A program made the translations under genes and the position numbers. Positions 1 through 12,620 of a DNA stretch of 64,000 nucleotides are shown here, in pieces. Each line of letters begins with the position of its first letter. Position 1 is the stretch's first letter. A model generated the notes under the pieces. That model did not search any database. It saw only the letters and a list, made by a program, of their open reading frames with translations, and was not told where the DNA came from. Origin of the DNA: an uncultured delta proteobacterium (lineage in GTDB: Bacteria > Myxococcota > Myxococcia > Myxococcales > Anaeromyxobacteraceae); NCBI GenBank assembly GCA_963814585.1, contig CAWFDF010000014.1, positions 384,001 through 448,000 on the forward strand, in the 5' to 3' direction.

Positions 1-1449
1 CGGCCAGCCCATGGTGGAGAAGGGCCACAGGGCGGAGGAGAACCAGGTGTCGAGCACGTCCTCGTCCTGCCGGAGCGTGACGCTGCCGCAGGTCGAGCAG
101 GCCCCGGGCGTCTCGCGAGCCACCGAGACGTGGCCGTCCGGGCAGTACCAGGCCGGGATCTGGTGGCCCCACCAGAGCTGGCGGCTGATGCACCAGTCGT
201 GGATGTTGCGCATCCAGGCCATGTAGGTGTTGGTCCACGGCTCGGGGATGAACCTCGTCCTCCCCTGCTCCACCGCCTCGATGGCCGGCTGCGCCAGCGG
301 CCCGATCCTGACGTACCACTGGTCGGAGAGGAGCGGCTCCAGCACGGTCTGGGAGCGCTGGCAGCGGCCCAGCGCCATGGGGTTCGGCCTCGAGCCGCGC
401 TCCAGTCCCATCTCGGCGAGCAGGCGCTTCACCTCCTTGCGCGCCTCGAACCGTTCCAGGCCGGCCACCGGCCCGGCCGCGGCGGTCATCCTGCCGTCGA
501 AGCCGATGACGGTGAGGAACTCGAGGCCGTGGCGGCGGCCCACCTCGAAGTCGTTGAAGTCATGGGCCGGCGTCACCTTGACCGCGCCGGTGCCGAACTT
601 CGGATCGACGAGGATGGCGTCGGCGACGATGGGGATCTCGCGGCCGGTGAGCGGGTGGCGGACCCGCCGTCCGAGGAGCGCGGCGTAGCGCTCGTCGTCC
701 GGGTGGACGGCGATGGCGGTGTCGCCGAGCATGGTCTCGGGCCGGGTGGTGGCCACCACGATCTCGGCGACGCCGCCGGCCGGCGTGGCCAGCGGGTAGG
801 CGAAGCTCCAGAGCTCTCCCGGGTGCCCCTCCTCGTGCTCCACCTCGAGGTCGGAGAGCGCGGTGCGGCAGTCGGGGCACCAGTTGATGAGCTTCTTCTC
901 GCGGTAGATCAGCCCCTCCTCGTGGAGGCGCACGAAGACCTCGCGCACCGCCCGGGAGAGACCCTCGTCCATGGTGAAGCGCTCCCGCTCCCAGTCGAGG
1001 CAGGCGCCCAGCGCCTCGTGCTGCTGGCCGATCCGCGAGCCGTACTGCTCCTTCCAGGCCCAGACCCGCTCGAGGAACGCCGCGCGGCCGAGGTCGTGAC
1101 GGCTCTTCTTCTCGGTCTTCTTCAGCTCCTTCTCCACCACCATCTGGGTGGCGATGCCGGCGTGGTCGGTGCCGGGGAGCCACATGGTGTTGAAGCCGGA
1201 GAGCCTCTTCCAGCGGATCAGCACGTCCTGCAGCGTGGCCGTGAGGGCGTGGCCGAGGTGGAGCGACCCGGTGACGTTGGGCGGCGGCAGCACGATGGAG
1301 AAGGCCGGCCGGGTCCGATCGTGCTCGTCGCCGTGGAAGTAGCCGCGCTCCTTCCAGCGCCGGTACCAGCGCGCCTCGACCTCCCGGTGCTCGTATCCCT
1401 TGGCCAGCTCGCCATGGCGCGGCTGCTGCGACTCGCTCTGCTGTTCCAC
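1..1449 (-). CDS. valS: Valine--tRNA ligase (5' part; runs off the window edge)
   Basis: Manual translation from GTG at 1449 (AGGAG upstream) gives LPPPNVTGSLHLGHAL, WLPGTDHAGIATQ, VATTRPETMLGD and DVLDTWFSS. Absent from the ORF track because it has no stop in the window. Confidence 0.97.
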   Translation of the reverse strand, partial: MEQQSESQQPRHGELAKGYEHREVEARWYRRWKERGYFHGDEHDRTRPAFSIVLPPPNVTGSLHLGHALTATLQDVLIRWKRLSGFNTMWLPGTDHAGIATQMVVEKELKKTEKKSRHDLGRAAFLERVWAWKEQYGSRIGQQHEALGACLDWERERFTMDEGLSRAVREVFVRLHEEGLIYREKKLINWCPDCRTALSDLEVEHEEGHPGELWSFAYPLATPAGGVAEIVVATTRPETMLGDTAIAVHPDDERYAALLGRRVRHPLTGREIPIVADAILVDPKFGTGAVKVTPAHDFNDFEVGRRHGLEFLTVIGFDGRMTAAAGPVAGLERFEARKEVKRLLAEMGLERGSRPNPMALGRCQRSQTVLEPLLSDQWYVRIGPLAQPAIEAVEQGRTRFIPEPWTNTYMAWMRNIHDWCISRQLWWGHQIPAWYCPDGHVSVARETPGACSTCGSVTLRQDEDVLDTWFSSALWPFSTMGWP

Positions 1450-1532
1450 GTCTGCTCCTGGCGCCACGGGCGCCGGCCCCCGCGGTGAGCGGGGGCCGGG
1501 GTGGCGCGGGTTGGTTCGGGCCATCGGCCCGG

Positions 1533-3143
1533 CTAGCCCTGGCGAGCCCTGGTGAGCCGATCGAGGTTCTCGCGGATGATGGTCTCGGCGAGCTGGGGGA
1601 CCACTTCCCATACCACCCGCTCGATCACGTCGCGCGACGCCCTGGAGAGCGCCTCGCGCAGCGCGGCCTCCCCGCCATCCGCCGGCGTCGCCTGGCCGGC
1701 GGTGATGCCGGGCCCGCCCCGCGGCACCGTCGCGGCCGGCTGGTGGCCGGTGGTCGCCGGCGGCGGGACGAACTCGTGCATGGGCGCCAGCGCCGGCGGC
1801 TCGCCCGGCTCCTCGGCCGGAAGCTCGATCGGCTCGAACCCTCCGGCGGCGGGCTGCAGCTCGTAGGCCCCCTCGGGCTCCAGAGTGGGCTGCGGACGGG
1901 CCGGCGACGGGGCGACGACGGCCCGTGCCGTCGGCGGCGGGGCTTGCGGGGGTGGGGCGGGCGGGGGCACGGCGGCCACCGCCCGTGGCGGCGCGGCCGC
2001 CACCGGGGTGCGCGCGGCGGACGGCTCCGACGGCGCGACCTGGACATCGCTCCAGTCGTCCTCGGCTGCGGTCAGGGGCGGCGGCGCCGCCGGCGGGGAC
2101 CGGGGTGTGGCCACCTCGAAGCCAAAGGGGTCGAGCCTCGCGGCCGGGTGGGCCGGAGCGGGCGGCGTGACGGGGCTGGGCGGCGGGACCGCCGGCCGCG
2201 GCGCGGCGACGGCAGGCGGCGCCACCGGCCGCGCTGCCGGCGGCATCGGAGCGGCTGGCGACGGACGAGCCGCAGGAGCCGGCACGGCGCCTGGCGGCGG
2301 GCGAGCCCCTGGCGGCGGAGCGGCACCCGCCGGAGGGCGCGCGGCGGGCGGTGGGAAGGCGCCAGCGGGCGGGCGAGCGCCCGGGGGCGGCATCGCGCCA
2401 GGCGGAGGGCGGGCGCCCGGTGGCGGCACCGCGCCGGGAGGCGGCCGGGCTCCCGCTGGCGGCACGGCGCCGAGAGGCGGGCGGGCTCCCGGGGGGGGCA
2501 CGGCTCCCGGGGGGGGCAGCGCTCCAGGGGAAGGACGGGCACCAGGGGGAACCGCCCCGGGAGGTGGACGGGCACCGGCCGGTGGTGGCGACCAGGCCGG
2601 CCGAGCCGGGGCCTGCGCCGCAGCGGGCGCAGGAGCAACAGGCGGCGTGAAGGGCCGGGGAGCGGCCGCCGCCGGCGCCGGGACCTGGGCGGGGACCGGG
2701 GGCTGGACCAGGGCCGGCGTGGACACCGGGGTACCGAACGCGAGAGGCGTGGCCCCCGGCGCGGTCACCGGGGCCCTTCCCTCCACCAGCTCGCGGACCT
2801 TGTTGATGAGCGCCTGGCTCTCGAAGGGCTTCTGGACGAAGGCGTCGGCCCCGACCGCCTTGGCGCGCGCCTCGTCGAAGGGCTCGAAGGTGCCGGCCAG
2901 GAGGATGATCGGGACGCCCGCGAGGGCCGGGTCGGCCTTGAGCGCCTCGCAAGCCTCGTAGCCGTTCTTCTTCGGCATCGAAGGGTCGAGCAGGATGACG
3001 TCGGGCCGGGAGGCCTTCGCCTTCGCCACCGCGTCATCGCCGTTGTTGACGACGCTGACGGCGTAGTCCTCGTTGGCGAACGTGATGGCCACCATCTTCT
3101 GGATGGTGACCGAGTCGTCCGCGAGGAGCAGGTTCTTGGGCAT
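1533..3143 (-). CDS. romR: RomR-like response regulator (receiver, Pro/Ala-rich linker, conserved C-terminal helix)
   Basis: N-terminal receiver LLLADDSVTIQK; C-terminus EAALREALSRASRDVIERVVWEVVPQLAETIIRE resembles myxobacterial RomR-C; adjacent to valS and a CheW-like gene. Confidence 0.85.
   Translation of the reverse strand: MPKNLLLADDSVTIQKMVAITFANEDYAVSVVNNGDDAVAKAKASRPDVILLDPSMPKKNGYEACEALKADPALAGVPIILLAGTFEPFDEARAKAVGADAFVQKPFESQALINKVRELVEGRAPVTAPGATPLAFGTPVSTPALVQPPVPAQVPAPAAAAPRPFTPPVAPAPAAAQAPARPAWSPPPAGARPPPGAVPPGARPSPGALPPPGAVPPPGARPPLGAVPPAGARPPPGAVPPPGARPPPGAMPPPGARPPAGAFPPPAARPPAGAAPPPGARPPPGAVPAPAARPSPAAPMPPAARPVAPPAVAAPRPAVPPPSPVTPPAPAHPAARLDPFGFEVATPRSPPAAPPPLTAAEDDWSDVQVAPSEPSAARTPVAAAPPRAVAAVPPPAPPPQAPPPTARAVVAPSPARPQPTLEPEGAYELQPAAGGFEPIELPAEEPGEPPALAPMHEFVPPPATTGHQPAATVPRGGPGITAGQATPADGGEAALREALSRASRDVIERVVWEVVPQLAETIIRENLDRLTRARQG
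2270..2590 (-). repeat. Coding tandem repeat (PPPGAR/PPPGAV hexapeptides, 18/36-bp period) in the romR linker
   Basis: PPPGAVPPPGARPPLGAVPPAGARPPPGAVPPPGARPPPGAM...; boundaries approximate. Confidence 0.9.
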
Positions 3144-3177
3144 GGAGGGTCCCGAAGGTGGTGAACGTGCAGTCCCT

Positions 3178-3207
3178 GGAGTACCGCTGCGCTCTCCCGA
3201 GTGTCAA
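3178..3207 (-). promoter_or_regulatory. Possible sigma70-type promoter of romR
   Basis: TTGACA-N18-TACTCC on the minus strand; perfect -35, weak -10. Confidence 0.4.
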
Positions 3208-3242
3208 GATTTCCGGGCTCTTACGGGCCTCCGGGCGCCTGA

Positions 3243-4025
3243 TTATCGGCCTCCGAACAGGGTGTCCCACGGAGGCCGCAGCACGTCGTCGCCGTCGCGG
3301 CCGTCGCCGAGCCCGTGCACCTGGTCCGCCGCCACGCCGATGGCGGCCCCGCCAGCGTCGAGCAGCAGCACCTGCGGGGGCCTGGGTGACGGCGCCAGGC
3401 CGAAGAAGACACCCACGTCGATGACCGGGTGGATGGATCGCCCGTGGTAGAGCAGCCCTCGGTGTGAAGGCGGGGCCAGCGGCACCGTCGCCAGCGACGG
3501 GGCGTCGCGCACCGCCACCACCAGCGACACCGGGACGCCAAAGGTCATGTGACCGCGCGTGAACAGAAGCTCCCGCTCGGGCCACGGCCCGAGCGAGAGC
3601 GGCGGCTCCCCCGGATCCTCGGCCGGCGCCAGCGGGGCGAAGCCGAGCGAGGAGACCGCCAGCTCCAGGGCCACCTCCCCCTTCACCACCAGCGCGCCGG
3701 CGAACGGCGACGGCGGAGGCACCAGGGTGTGGGCCGGCAGCTGGAAGACCTCGGCGTCGGCGAGGTCGACGATGCCATGGAGCGCCTCGACCCGCAGCGC
3801 CGTCTGGGGCGTGTCCTGGGTGACCAGCGCGTAGCGCGCCAGCCCGGCCGGCAGGCCCAGCACGGTGGAGACCCACGCGGTCGGCACCGGCTCGCCCCGC
3901 GCCATCACCTCCTCCTCCCCGGGCTGCAGCTCGCGGATCTCCAGCAGCTGGGCCAGCCGCAGGGCCAGCCTGACCCCACCGGCCGAGAACAGCAGCGCCT
4001 TCCGCTCCGAGGGGAGAGAGCTCAC
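3243..4025 (-). CDS. Tandem CheW-like domain protein
   Basis: C-terminal part of ORF 3243..5033 from GTG 4025 (SSLPSERKALLFSAGG); CheW-like motifs VPLAPPSHRGLLYHGRSIHPVIDV and IGVAADQVHG. Confidence 0.75.
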   Translation of the reverse strand: MSSLPSERKALLFSAGGVRLALRLAQLLEIRELQPGEEEVMARGEPVPTAWVSTVLGLPAGLARYALVTQDTPQTALRVEALHGIVDLADAEVFQLPAHTLVPPPSPFAGALVVKGEVALELAVSSLGFAPLAPAEDPGEPPLSLGPWPERELLFTRGHMTFGVPVSLVVAVRDAPSLATVPLAPPSHRGLLYHGRSIHPVIDVGVFFGLAPSPRPPQVLLLDAGGAAIGVAADQVHGLGDGRDGDDVLRPPWDTLFGGR

Positions 4026-4049
4026 CGGGCCATGATATCCTGCCTCCCG

Positions 4050-5399
4050 GTGGCCCACTCGGTCCTGCTGGTCGATGACGAGCGCTTCGCTCGAACCGTC
4101 TACTCGGACTACCTCCGGGTCGCCAGCTTCGACGTCGAGGTGGCCGCCGACGCCGAGGCCGCCCTCGCCATCCTGCAGGGTCGCCGGTTCGACGTGCTGG
4201 TGGCGGACGTGATGCTCCCCGGCTCGTCCGGCCTCGACCTGCTCAGCGCCGCCAAGCAGCTCGATCCCCACCTCGAGGTGGTGATGATCACCGCGCTCGA
4301 CAAGGTCGACCCGGCGGTGCGGGCCATGAAGTCGGGCGCCTCGGACTACCTGGTCAAGCCGGTCACGCCCGAGGCCCTGCAGCACGCCGTCCACCGCAGC
4401 CTCGCCACCCGCGCCTTGCTGTCCGAGAACAAGGCGCTGCGCGCCCACCTGAAGCTCTTCGAGATCTGCCAGCGGCTCTCGGCCACGCTGGACCGCGACC
4501 GGCTGGTCCCCATGGGGCTGGCCGCGGTGGCGGTCACCAGCGCCGCGCCCTCGGCGCTCCTGGCCGAGGCCGCGGCGGACGGCAGCTGGCGCCTCGCCGG
4601 CGCCCACGGGCTCGAGGACCAGGCGGCGGCCAGGCTCCTCGAGGCAGCGCGCGGCCACCTCGCCGGGATCACTGGCGGCGAGCCGCGCTTCCTCGAGCTG
4701 GGGGCCGAGGCCGAGGCTCCCCTCACCTGGTGCCTGCCGCTCGTCGACGACGCCGGGGTGGTGGGGCTGGCGCTGGCCTTCCCCGGAGAGGCGCCCAGCG
4801 AGGAGACCCGCGAGAGCGCCGCCTTCCTGTCCCGCCACTTCGCGCTGGCGCTGCGCAACCTCGGCCGGCTCAAGCAGGTGGAGCACCTCGCCTACATCGA
4901 CGACCTCACCCACCTCTACAACACCCGCTACCTCGACGTGGTGCTGGATCGCGAGCTGGCCAGCGGTCGACCGTTCACGCTCCTCTTCCTCGACCTCGAC
5001 CGCTTCAAGGACGTCAACGATCAGCACGGCCACCTCTCCGGGTCACGCCTGCTGGTCGAGGTGTCCCGCGTGCTCAGGGCCTGCGTGCGCGACGAGGACG
5101 TCCTGTTCCGCTTCGGTGGCGACGAGTACGTGACGGTCCTGACCGGCATCGATTCGGGCGTCGGCCTCAAGGTCGCCGAGCGGGTGCGCCGCGCCATCGA
5201 GGACCGCCGCTTTCTCTCCCGCGAGGGGACCCCGGTGCACATCACCGCCTCGATCGGCCTGGCCTCCTTCCCGGAGCACGCCAGCGGCAAGACCGAGCTC
5301 ATCGACCTCGCCGACCGGGCCATGTACCGGGGCAAGCGGACCACGCGCAACGTGGTCTACATCGCCTCCCACGACCTGCCGCCGGTCCAGGACCGGTAG
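4050..5399 (+). CDS. Response regulator / diguanylate cyclase (REC, GAF-like, GGDEF)
   Basis: VLLVDDE receiver; [15 protein letters not shown]-site followed by FRFGGDEY. Start is GTG 4050 or ATG 4032. Confidence 0.9.
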   Translation: MAHSVLLVDDERFARTVYSDYLRVASFDVEVAADAEAALAILQGRRFDVLVADVMLPGSSGLDLLSAAKQLDPHLEVVMITALDKVDPAVRAMKSGASDYLVKPVTPEALQHAVHRSLATRALLSENKALRAHLKLFEICQRLSATLDRDRLVPMGLAAVAVTSAAPSALLAEAAADGSWRLAGAHGLEDQAAARLLEAARGHLAGITGGEPRFLELGAEAEAPLTWCLPLVDDAGVVGLALAFPGEAPSEETRESAAFLSRHFALALRNLGRLKQVEHLAYIDDLTHLYNTRYLDVVLDRELASGRPFTLLFLDLDRFKDVNDQHGHLSGSRLLVEVSRVLRACVRDEDVLFRFGGDEYVTVLTGIDSGVGLKVAERVRRAIEDRRFLSREGTPVHITASIGLASFPEHASGKTELIDLADRAMYRGKRTTRNVVYIASHDLPPVQDR

Positions 5400-5417
5400 C
5401 CGGGGAGCGCCCACGTC

Positions 5418-6254
5418 GTGACCGACCTGCCCGGCGATGCCGATCCCCGCTTCGACGCCGCCGCCGCGGCGTTGCAGGCCGGCGATCCCGATCGGGCGCT
5501 CGTGCTGGCCCGCCAGGGGGCGAGGCAGGCGCGGCGCCAGGGAGACGATCTGCTGGCCGCCGACCTGCGGTGGCTGGAGGGGGCCGCGCTCCTGGACCTG
5601 GAGGACGCCACCGCGGCGCTGGCGGCGCTCGACGAGGCCTTGCGGCTGGCCCCGGACCACCTCGACGCCCTGCTCGAGCGGGCCGAGGCGCTCTTCGAGC
5701 TCTGCCGCTTCGACGCCGCGCTGGCCTCGGCCCAGGCCGTCGCCGAGGCGGAGCCCGACGAGCCCCGCGCCCAGCAGCTGCTGGGCCTGCTGGCGGAGCG
5801 GCGCGGCGATGCCCGTGAGGCCGAGCGCGCCTTCGCCCGGGCCAGGAAGCTCGACCCCGAGGCCTACCCGAGGGCGCACTCCCTCTCGCGCCGCGACTTC
5901 GACGCCGCCGTGGAGCGGGCCCTCCAGGACATTCCCGAGACGGTGCGCCGCTACCTCGCCAACGTCCCCATCACGGTCGAGGACGTCCCGGCCGACCACG
6001 ACCTGCTCGACTCCGACCCGCCCCTCCCCCCGACCATCCTCGGGCTCTTCCGCGGCGCGCCCTACGGGCAGAAGCTCTCGTCCGATCCGTGGAGCCACCT
6101 CCCTTCCTCCATCGTCCTCTTCCAGCGCAACCTGGAGCGGGCCGCCTCGAGCCGCGCCGAGCTGGAGGAGGAGATCGCCACCACGCTGGTCCACGAGGTC
6201 GGCCACTTCCTCGGCCTCGACGAGGACGAGCTCTGGGCGCGCGGGCTGGACTGA
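5418..6254 (+). CDS. TPR protein with C-terminal zincin-like (DUF1025) metallopeptidase
   Basis: Helical TPR-like repeats, then ILGLFRG, IVLFQRN and [11 protein letters not shown] (HExxH). Confidence 0.85.
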   Translation: MTDLPGDADPRFDAAAAALQAGDPDRALVLARQGARQARRQGDDLLAADLRWLEGAALLDLEDATAALAALDEALRLAPDHLDALLERAEALFELCRFDAALASAQAVAEAEPDEPRAQQLLGLLAERRGDAREAERAFARARKLDPEAYPRAHSLSRRDFDAAVERALQDIPETVRRYLANVPITVEDVPADHDLLDSDPPLPPTILGLFRGAPYGQKLSSDPWSHLPSSIVLFQRNLERAASSRAELEEEIATTLVHEVGHFLGLDEDELWARGLD

Positions 6255-6314
6255 GCGTGGCTGCACCGGCGGCATCGATCGAGAGCGGCCGCGGCCGGAC
6301 CGGGCCGGGCCGGA

Positions 6315-6530
6315 GAGCGGATTCGCCGGGCTGCGCTGGGTCGGCCCGGGGAGCGGACGCGCCGGGCTGCGCTGGGCGGGGGTGAGCATCGCAGCCTCCG
6401 CAGCGCTTGGCCGAGCGGAACCAGCCCTGGCGAGAGGGCGCGCCGCAGGCGCGACGAGCCCCCGCCAGCGCCAGCCCGGTGCGGACGCGGCCAGGGCGGC
6501 GGGGAGCGGACGCGACAGGGTCGGGCTGGC
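6315..6530 (+). repeat. Degenerate intergenic direct repeats (GAGCGGA-NN-CGCCGGGCTGCGCTGGG)
   Basis: Near-identical copies at 6315-6340 and 6351-6376; degenerate copies near 6413, 6479 and 6504. Confidence 0.55.
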
Positions 6531-6600
6531 GAGGCCCCGAATCACCGAGATCAGCCGAAAAATTGACCGGTTGTGACCGATATCGCAACCTCGCCGGTAC

Positions 6601-9036
<2,436 letters not shown>

Positions 9037-9066
9037 TCCCGCGGGGGCCGGCGCCTGCCGGCACCC

Positions 9067-9258
9067 TCACCCCGCCCGCCTCCCGAGGGCCGCGGCCGCT
9101 ATCCCGGCCACGCCGGCGAGCGCGGTCAACCCGAGGATGAGCCGCCAGTCGTCGGTCCTCGTCGCCAGCCAGAGGCAGGCGAAGACACCGATTGCCGACG
9201 CGTACATCCCGAAGCGTGCGAGGGGGCGAGGCCTCGTCACCTGGGGATCCGGTTCCAT
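9067..9258 (-). CDS. Small two-TM membrane protein, hypothetical
   Basis: MEPDPQ...MYASAIGVFACLWLA...LILGLTALAGVAGIAAA; two hydrophobic segments. Confidence 0.5.
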   Translation of the reverse strand: MEPDPQVTRPRPLARFGMYASAIGVFACLWLATRTDDWRLILGLTALAGVAGIAAAALGRRAG

Positions 9259-9301
9259 ATGCGGCATTTCGCCGCATCCTGCGCCACAACACAAGCGCCC
9301 A

Positions 9302-9877
9302 TCAGGGACGCGACCCGTACAGCCCGCGCTCCCGCAGGTGGGCGAGGACCCGGCGCGGCACCAGCCCGTCCACGGATTCGCCGTGCCCGAGCCGCTCGCG
9401 TATCCCGGTGGAGGAGAGGGCCGGAAGACCCGGCCCCTCTCCGCCCGGGTACCCCTGCCGTCCCACCACCACCACCCGCGCCAGCTCGGTGACCCGGTCC
9501 CAGCGATACCAGTGCGGGGTCTCGGGCAGGATGTCGGCACCCACCAGCAGCGCGAAGCGGCGCTCGGGATGCATCGCCACCAGGTGCTCGAGCGTCCGAG
9601 CGGTCCGTCCGCAGAGCGGATCGTCGCGCAGCGCCTCCTCGGCGGTGCAGACGTGGGCGCCGCGGAGCTCCGCGATGGCCAGCTGGCACATTCGCACCCG
9701 GTCCTGCCAGGGCGCCAGCTCCTTGCCGAACGGGTGGCGCCAGGTGGGGACCAGCCAGACCTCGCGGACGCCTTGCGTCGCCAGCGCCCACCAGGCCGCC
9801 ATCACGTGGGCCACGTGCGGCGGGTTGAAGGAGCCGCCCAGCAGGGCGATCTCGGGTCGGGCGTCCACGTCAGCCAT
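9302..9877 (-). CDS. nadD: Nicotinate-nucleotide adenylyltransferase
   Basis: ALLGGSFNPPHVAH, LLVGAD, WYRW and LSSTGIRERL; ATG at 9877. Confidence 0.92.
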   Translation of the reverse strand: MADVDARPEIALLGGSFNPPHVAHVMAAWWALATQGVREVWLVPTWRHPFGKELAPWQDRVRMCQLAIAELRGAHVCTAEEALRDDPLCGRTARTLEHLVAMHPERRFALLVGADILPETPHWYRWDRVTELARVVVVGRQGYPGGEGPGLPALSSTGIRERLGHGESVDGLVPRRVLAHLRERGLYGSRP

Positions 9878-11120
9878 GATAGGCGAGGAACCGGGCGCGG
9901 CGCCGGGCGAAGGCCCGCTCCTCGGGAGCCATGGCCTCCACCAGGTCCCTGAGCGTCGCCCCGGCCTCGATGGCGGTCCGCTCCCGCGCCGATCCGCAGA
10001 GCAGGTCGAAGGCCGGCACGCCGTCGACGAACTCGTAGGTCTCGGTCCGCCAGCGGAACCGCTCCGGCGCCAGCGCCCGGGCGTGGAGCACGCAGGCCAG
10101 CCCGGTGCGGAAGGGTCGGAAGGCCTCGGCGTCGTGGACGTGCAGCTCGACACCGTGGCAGCGGTCGCCGGCATGCTTGTCCCAGGCCGGCGTGAAGCTG
10201 GCCGGCCGGAACCGGACTCCCGGGAGCCGCTCGCCCGCCAGCGCCTCGGCCAGCCGCCTCGGCTCGATCCAGGGCGCGCCGAAGAGCTCGAACGGCCGGG
10301 TGGTCCCACGCCCCTCGGAGAGGTTGGTCCCCTCCAGGAGGCACATCCCCGGGTAGACCAGCGCCGTCTCCGGCGTGGGCATGTTGGGTGACGGGAGGAC
10401 CCAGGGCAGCCCGGTGGCGCGGTGGCCCTGCTCCCGCCGCCAGCCCTGGCACGGCACCACGGTCAGGTCGAGGTCGAGCTGGCGCTCGGCGACGAAGAGC
10501 CGGGCCAGCTCCCCCACGGTCAGGCCGTGACGGGGCGCGAGGTCGTGCAGCCCGCAGAAGCTCTCGAACCCGGGGCGGAGCGCCGGCCCCTCCACGCGCA
10601 CCCCGCCGATGGGGTTGGGCCAATCCAGCACCACGAAGGCGATCCCGGCCCGGGCCGCCGCCTCCATGCAGAGCAGCATGGTGGCCTGGTAGGTGTAGTA
10701 GCGGGCGCCGACGTCCTGGATGTCGAAGCAGAGGGTGTCGAGCCCGTCCAGCGCCCCGGGGCCGGGCTGGAGCGAGTCGCGTGTCGCTCCATACAAGGAG
10801 TGAACGGCGAGCCCGGTGGCCTCGTCGACCTCGCCCTCCACCGCCGCCATGTACGGCGCATCGCCGCGGACGCCGTGCTCGGGACCGAAGAGCCTGGCGA
10901 GGGTCACGCCCGGCAGGGCGTGGAGCAGGTCGGCGGCATGGCGCAGCCGGCCGTCCACGGCGGTGGGGTTGCAGATCAGCCCGACGCGGCGGCCGCGCAG
11001 CGGTCCGCCCCGCGCGCCGAGCAGGACCTCCAGCCCGGCGCGGACCGGCCGGTCAGCGGCCTGGCCGGAGCGTGAAGCTGTACGAGGCCTGGCCCGGCTT
11101 CTTGGCGGGGGAGGTGGCAT
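9870..11120 (-). CDS. namZ: Exo-beta-N-acetylmuramidase NamZ (DUF1343) family
   Basis: LFGPEHGVRG, FDIQDVGARYYTY, PSPNMP, EGTNLSEGRGTTRPFE. Start uncertain: family-like sequence begins near 11045 with no canonical start codon there. Confidence 0.9.
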   Translation of the reverse strand: MPPPPPRSRARPRTASRSGQAADRPVRAGLEVLLGARGGPLRGRRVGLICNPTAVDGRLRHAADLLHALPGVTLARLFGPEHGVRGDAPYMAAVEGEVDEATGLAVHSLYGATRDSLQPGPGALDGLDTLCFDIQDVGARYYTYQATMLLCMEAAARAGIAFVVLDWPNPIGGVRVEGPALRPGFESFCGLHDLAPRHGLTVGELARLFVAERQLDLDLTVVPCQGWRREQGHRATGLPWVLPSPNMPTPETALVYPGMCLLEGTNLSEGRGTTRPFELFGAPWIEPRRLAEALAGERLPGVRFRPASFTPAWDKHAGDRCHGVELHVHDAEAFRPFRTGLACVLHARALAPERFRWRTETYEFVDGVPAFDLLCGSARERTAIEAGATLRDLVEAMAPEERAFARRRARFLAYHG

Positions 11121-12501
11121 CCTTGAGGTTCCAGTAGGCGCAAGCCCGGACGTCGTCGTCGTGGAGGGTGTCCTCGATCACCTCGACGAGCGCGGCGCGC
11201 CCCGAGTCGTCGGTGGTCACCCGGAGGGTCAGCGTGCCCGCGAGGCCGGGCTGCTCCTGGAGCCGCCGGCGATAGGTCGTGTCGATGAGCGCTCCCACCG
11301 CTCGCTTCAGGGTCGGGACCTCGGCGGCGGCCTGGGCGCGGAGGTTGATGCGCTTCTCCGCCGCCGCGCGGTCGGCCTGGCCGGCCTCACCCGCCGCGCG
11401 CAGGTGCTCCAGCCCCTCGGTGAGACGCCCCGAGCCGGCCAGCAGCCGCCCCAGCCCCAGCCGGTTCTGGGGGTCCCGGGGATCCCGGGTGATGGCCTGC
11501 CGCAGGGCCCGCTCGGCCCCGGCGACGTCGCCGGCCTCCAGCCGGATCTCGGCGATTCGCCGCCACTCGGCGCTGGCGGGATCGAGCGCCGAGAGCCGCT
11601 CCAGCGACCGCTGCTCGGTGGCGGCGTCGCCGCAGCGCCGCGCCGCCTCGGCCAGCGCCGTGAGCGTCTCGGCGTCCTCCCGGAGGGCCAGGGCCGCCTG
11701 CCACTGGTCGCGCGCGGCCAGGGCCGCTCCTTGCCGGGCCAGCAGCCTGGCCAGCTTCACCCGAGAGGCCCGATCGCGCGGGCTGGCGGCGACGATCCTG
11801 GCGTGGAGCGCGGCCGTGGAGGCCAGCTCGCCGCGCGCCTCGGCCAGTCCGGCCAGCACCGCCAGCGCCGGCGCATGGCCCGGCGCCTCCCTCAGCGCGG
11901 CGTCGGCCTCGAGGCGGGCCGTCTCCTCGTCGCCGCGCGCCTGCGCCAGCCTGGCCAAGCCGGTGTGGGCCTCGACGCTGCCGGGATCGCTCGCCAGCAC
12001 CACCTGGTAGCCCGCGGTGGCCAGGCCCAGCAGCCCGCGCCGCTCGGCCACCATCGCCTCGGTGAGCCCGATGAGCCAGTTGGCCGGCTCCACCTCGCGG
12101 GCCACCTGCGTGGACCGGTCGATCTGGTCGAGCACGCCCCACTCCAGGTAGATGCGCCACATGGCCACCCAGGGGATGGCCGACTCCCGGAACTGGCCGG
12201 TCAGGAACCTCAGCTCGGCCCAGGTGTCCTCGTGGTGCGGCAGCGCATAGGCGGCCAGGACCTTCGGGCCCGGGTCCCTGGGGCTGGCGCTGGCGGCGGC
12301 CAGCCAGCGGCTCCGCTGCGCCGGGAGCTCGCCCAGCCTCCCGGCGTCGTCCACCAGGGTGAAGCCGCGGCTCACCTCGGCGAGCGTGAGCCTGGCCGCC
12401 TCGGGGCCGGGACCGCCCGCCTCCCCGGGCCCGGCCGCGGCGGCCAGCGGCGCCCCGATGCCGAGGACGAGCAGGAGCGTGGCCGGCAGGACGGCGGGCA
12501 T
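11053..12501 (-). CDS. Exported TPR protein with AgmX/PglI (TonB-C-like) C-terminal domain
   Basis: Signal peptide MPAVLPATLLLVLGIG; TPR-like helices; C-terminus YRRRLQEQPGLAGTLTLRV...ASYSFTLRP. Confidence 0.7.
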   Translation of the reverse strand: MPAVLPATLLLVLGIGAPLAAAAGPGEAGGPGPEAARLTLAEVSRGFTLVDDAGRLGELPAQRSRWLAAASASPRDPGPKVLAAYALPHHEDTWAELRFLTGQFRESAIPWVAMWRIYLEWGVLDQIDRSTQVAREVEPANWLIGLTEAMVAERRGLLGLATAGYQVVLASDPGSVEAHTGLARLAQARGDEETARLEADAALREAPGHAPALAVLAGLAEARGELASTAALHARIVAASPRDRASRVKLARLLARQGAALAARDQWQAALALREDAETLTALAEAARRCGDAATEQRSLERLSALDPASAEWRRIAEIRLEAGDVAGAERALRQAITRDPRDPQNRLGLGRLLAGSGRLTEGLEHLRAAGEAGQADRAAAEKRINLRAQAAAEVPTLKRAVGALIDTTYRRRLQEQPGLAGTLTLRVTTDDSGRAALVEVIEDTLHDDDVRACAYWNLKDATSPAKKPGQASYSFTLRPGR

Positions 12502-12620
12502 CAGGTGATCCCCTCGGAGGCGAGCTGCTCCACTCTTACCCCGCTCCAGGACACGGCGCGACGTCGATCGCGCTCGCGCTCGCGCTGGCGTGGGACGCGC
12601 CGCCCTGCTACGACCGGTCC

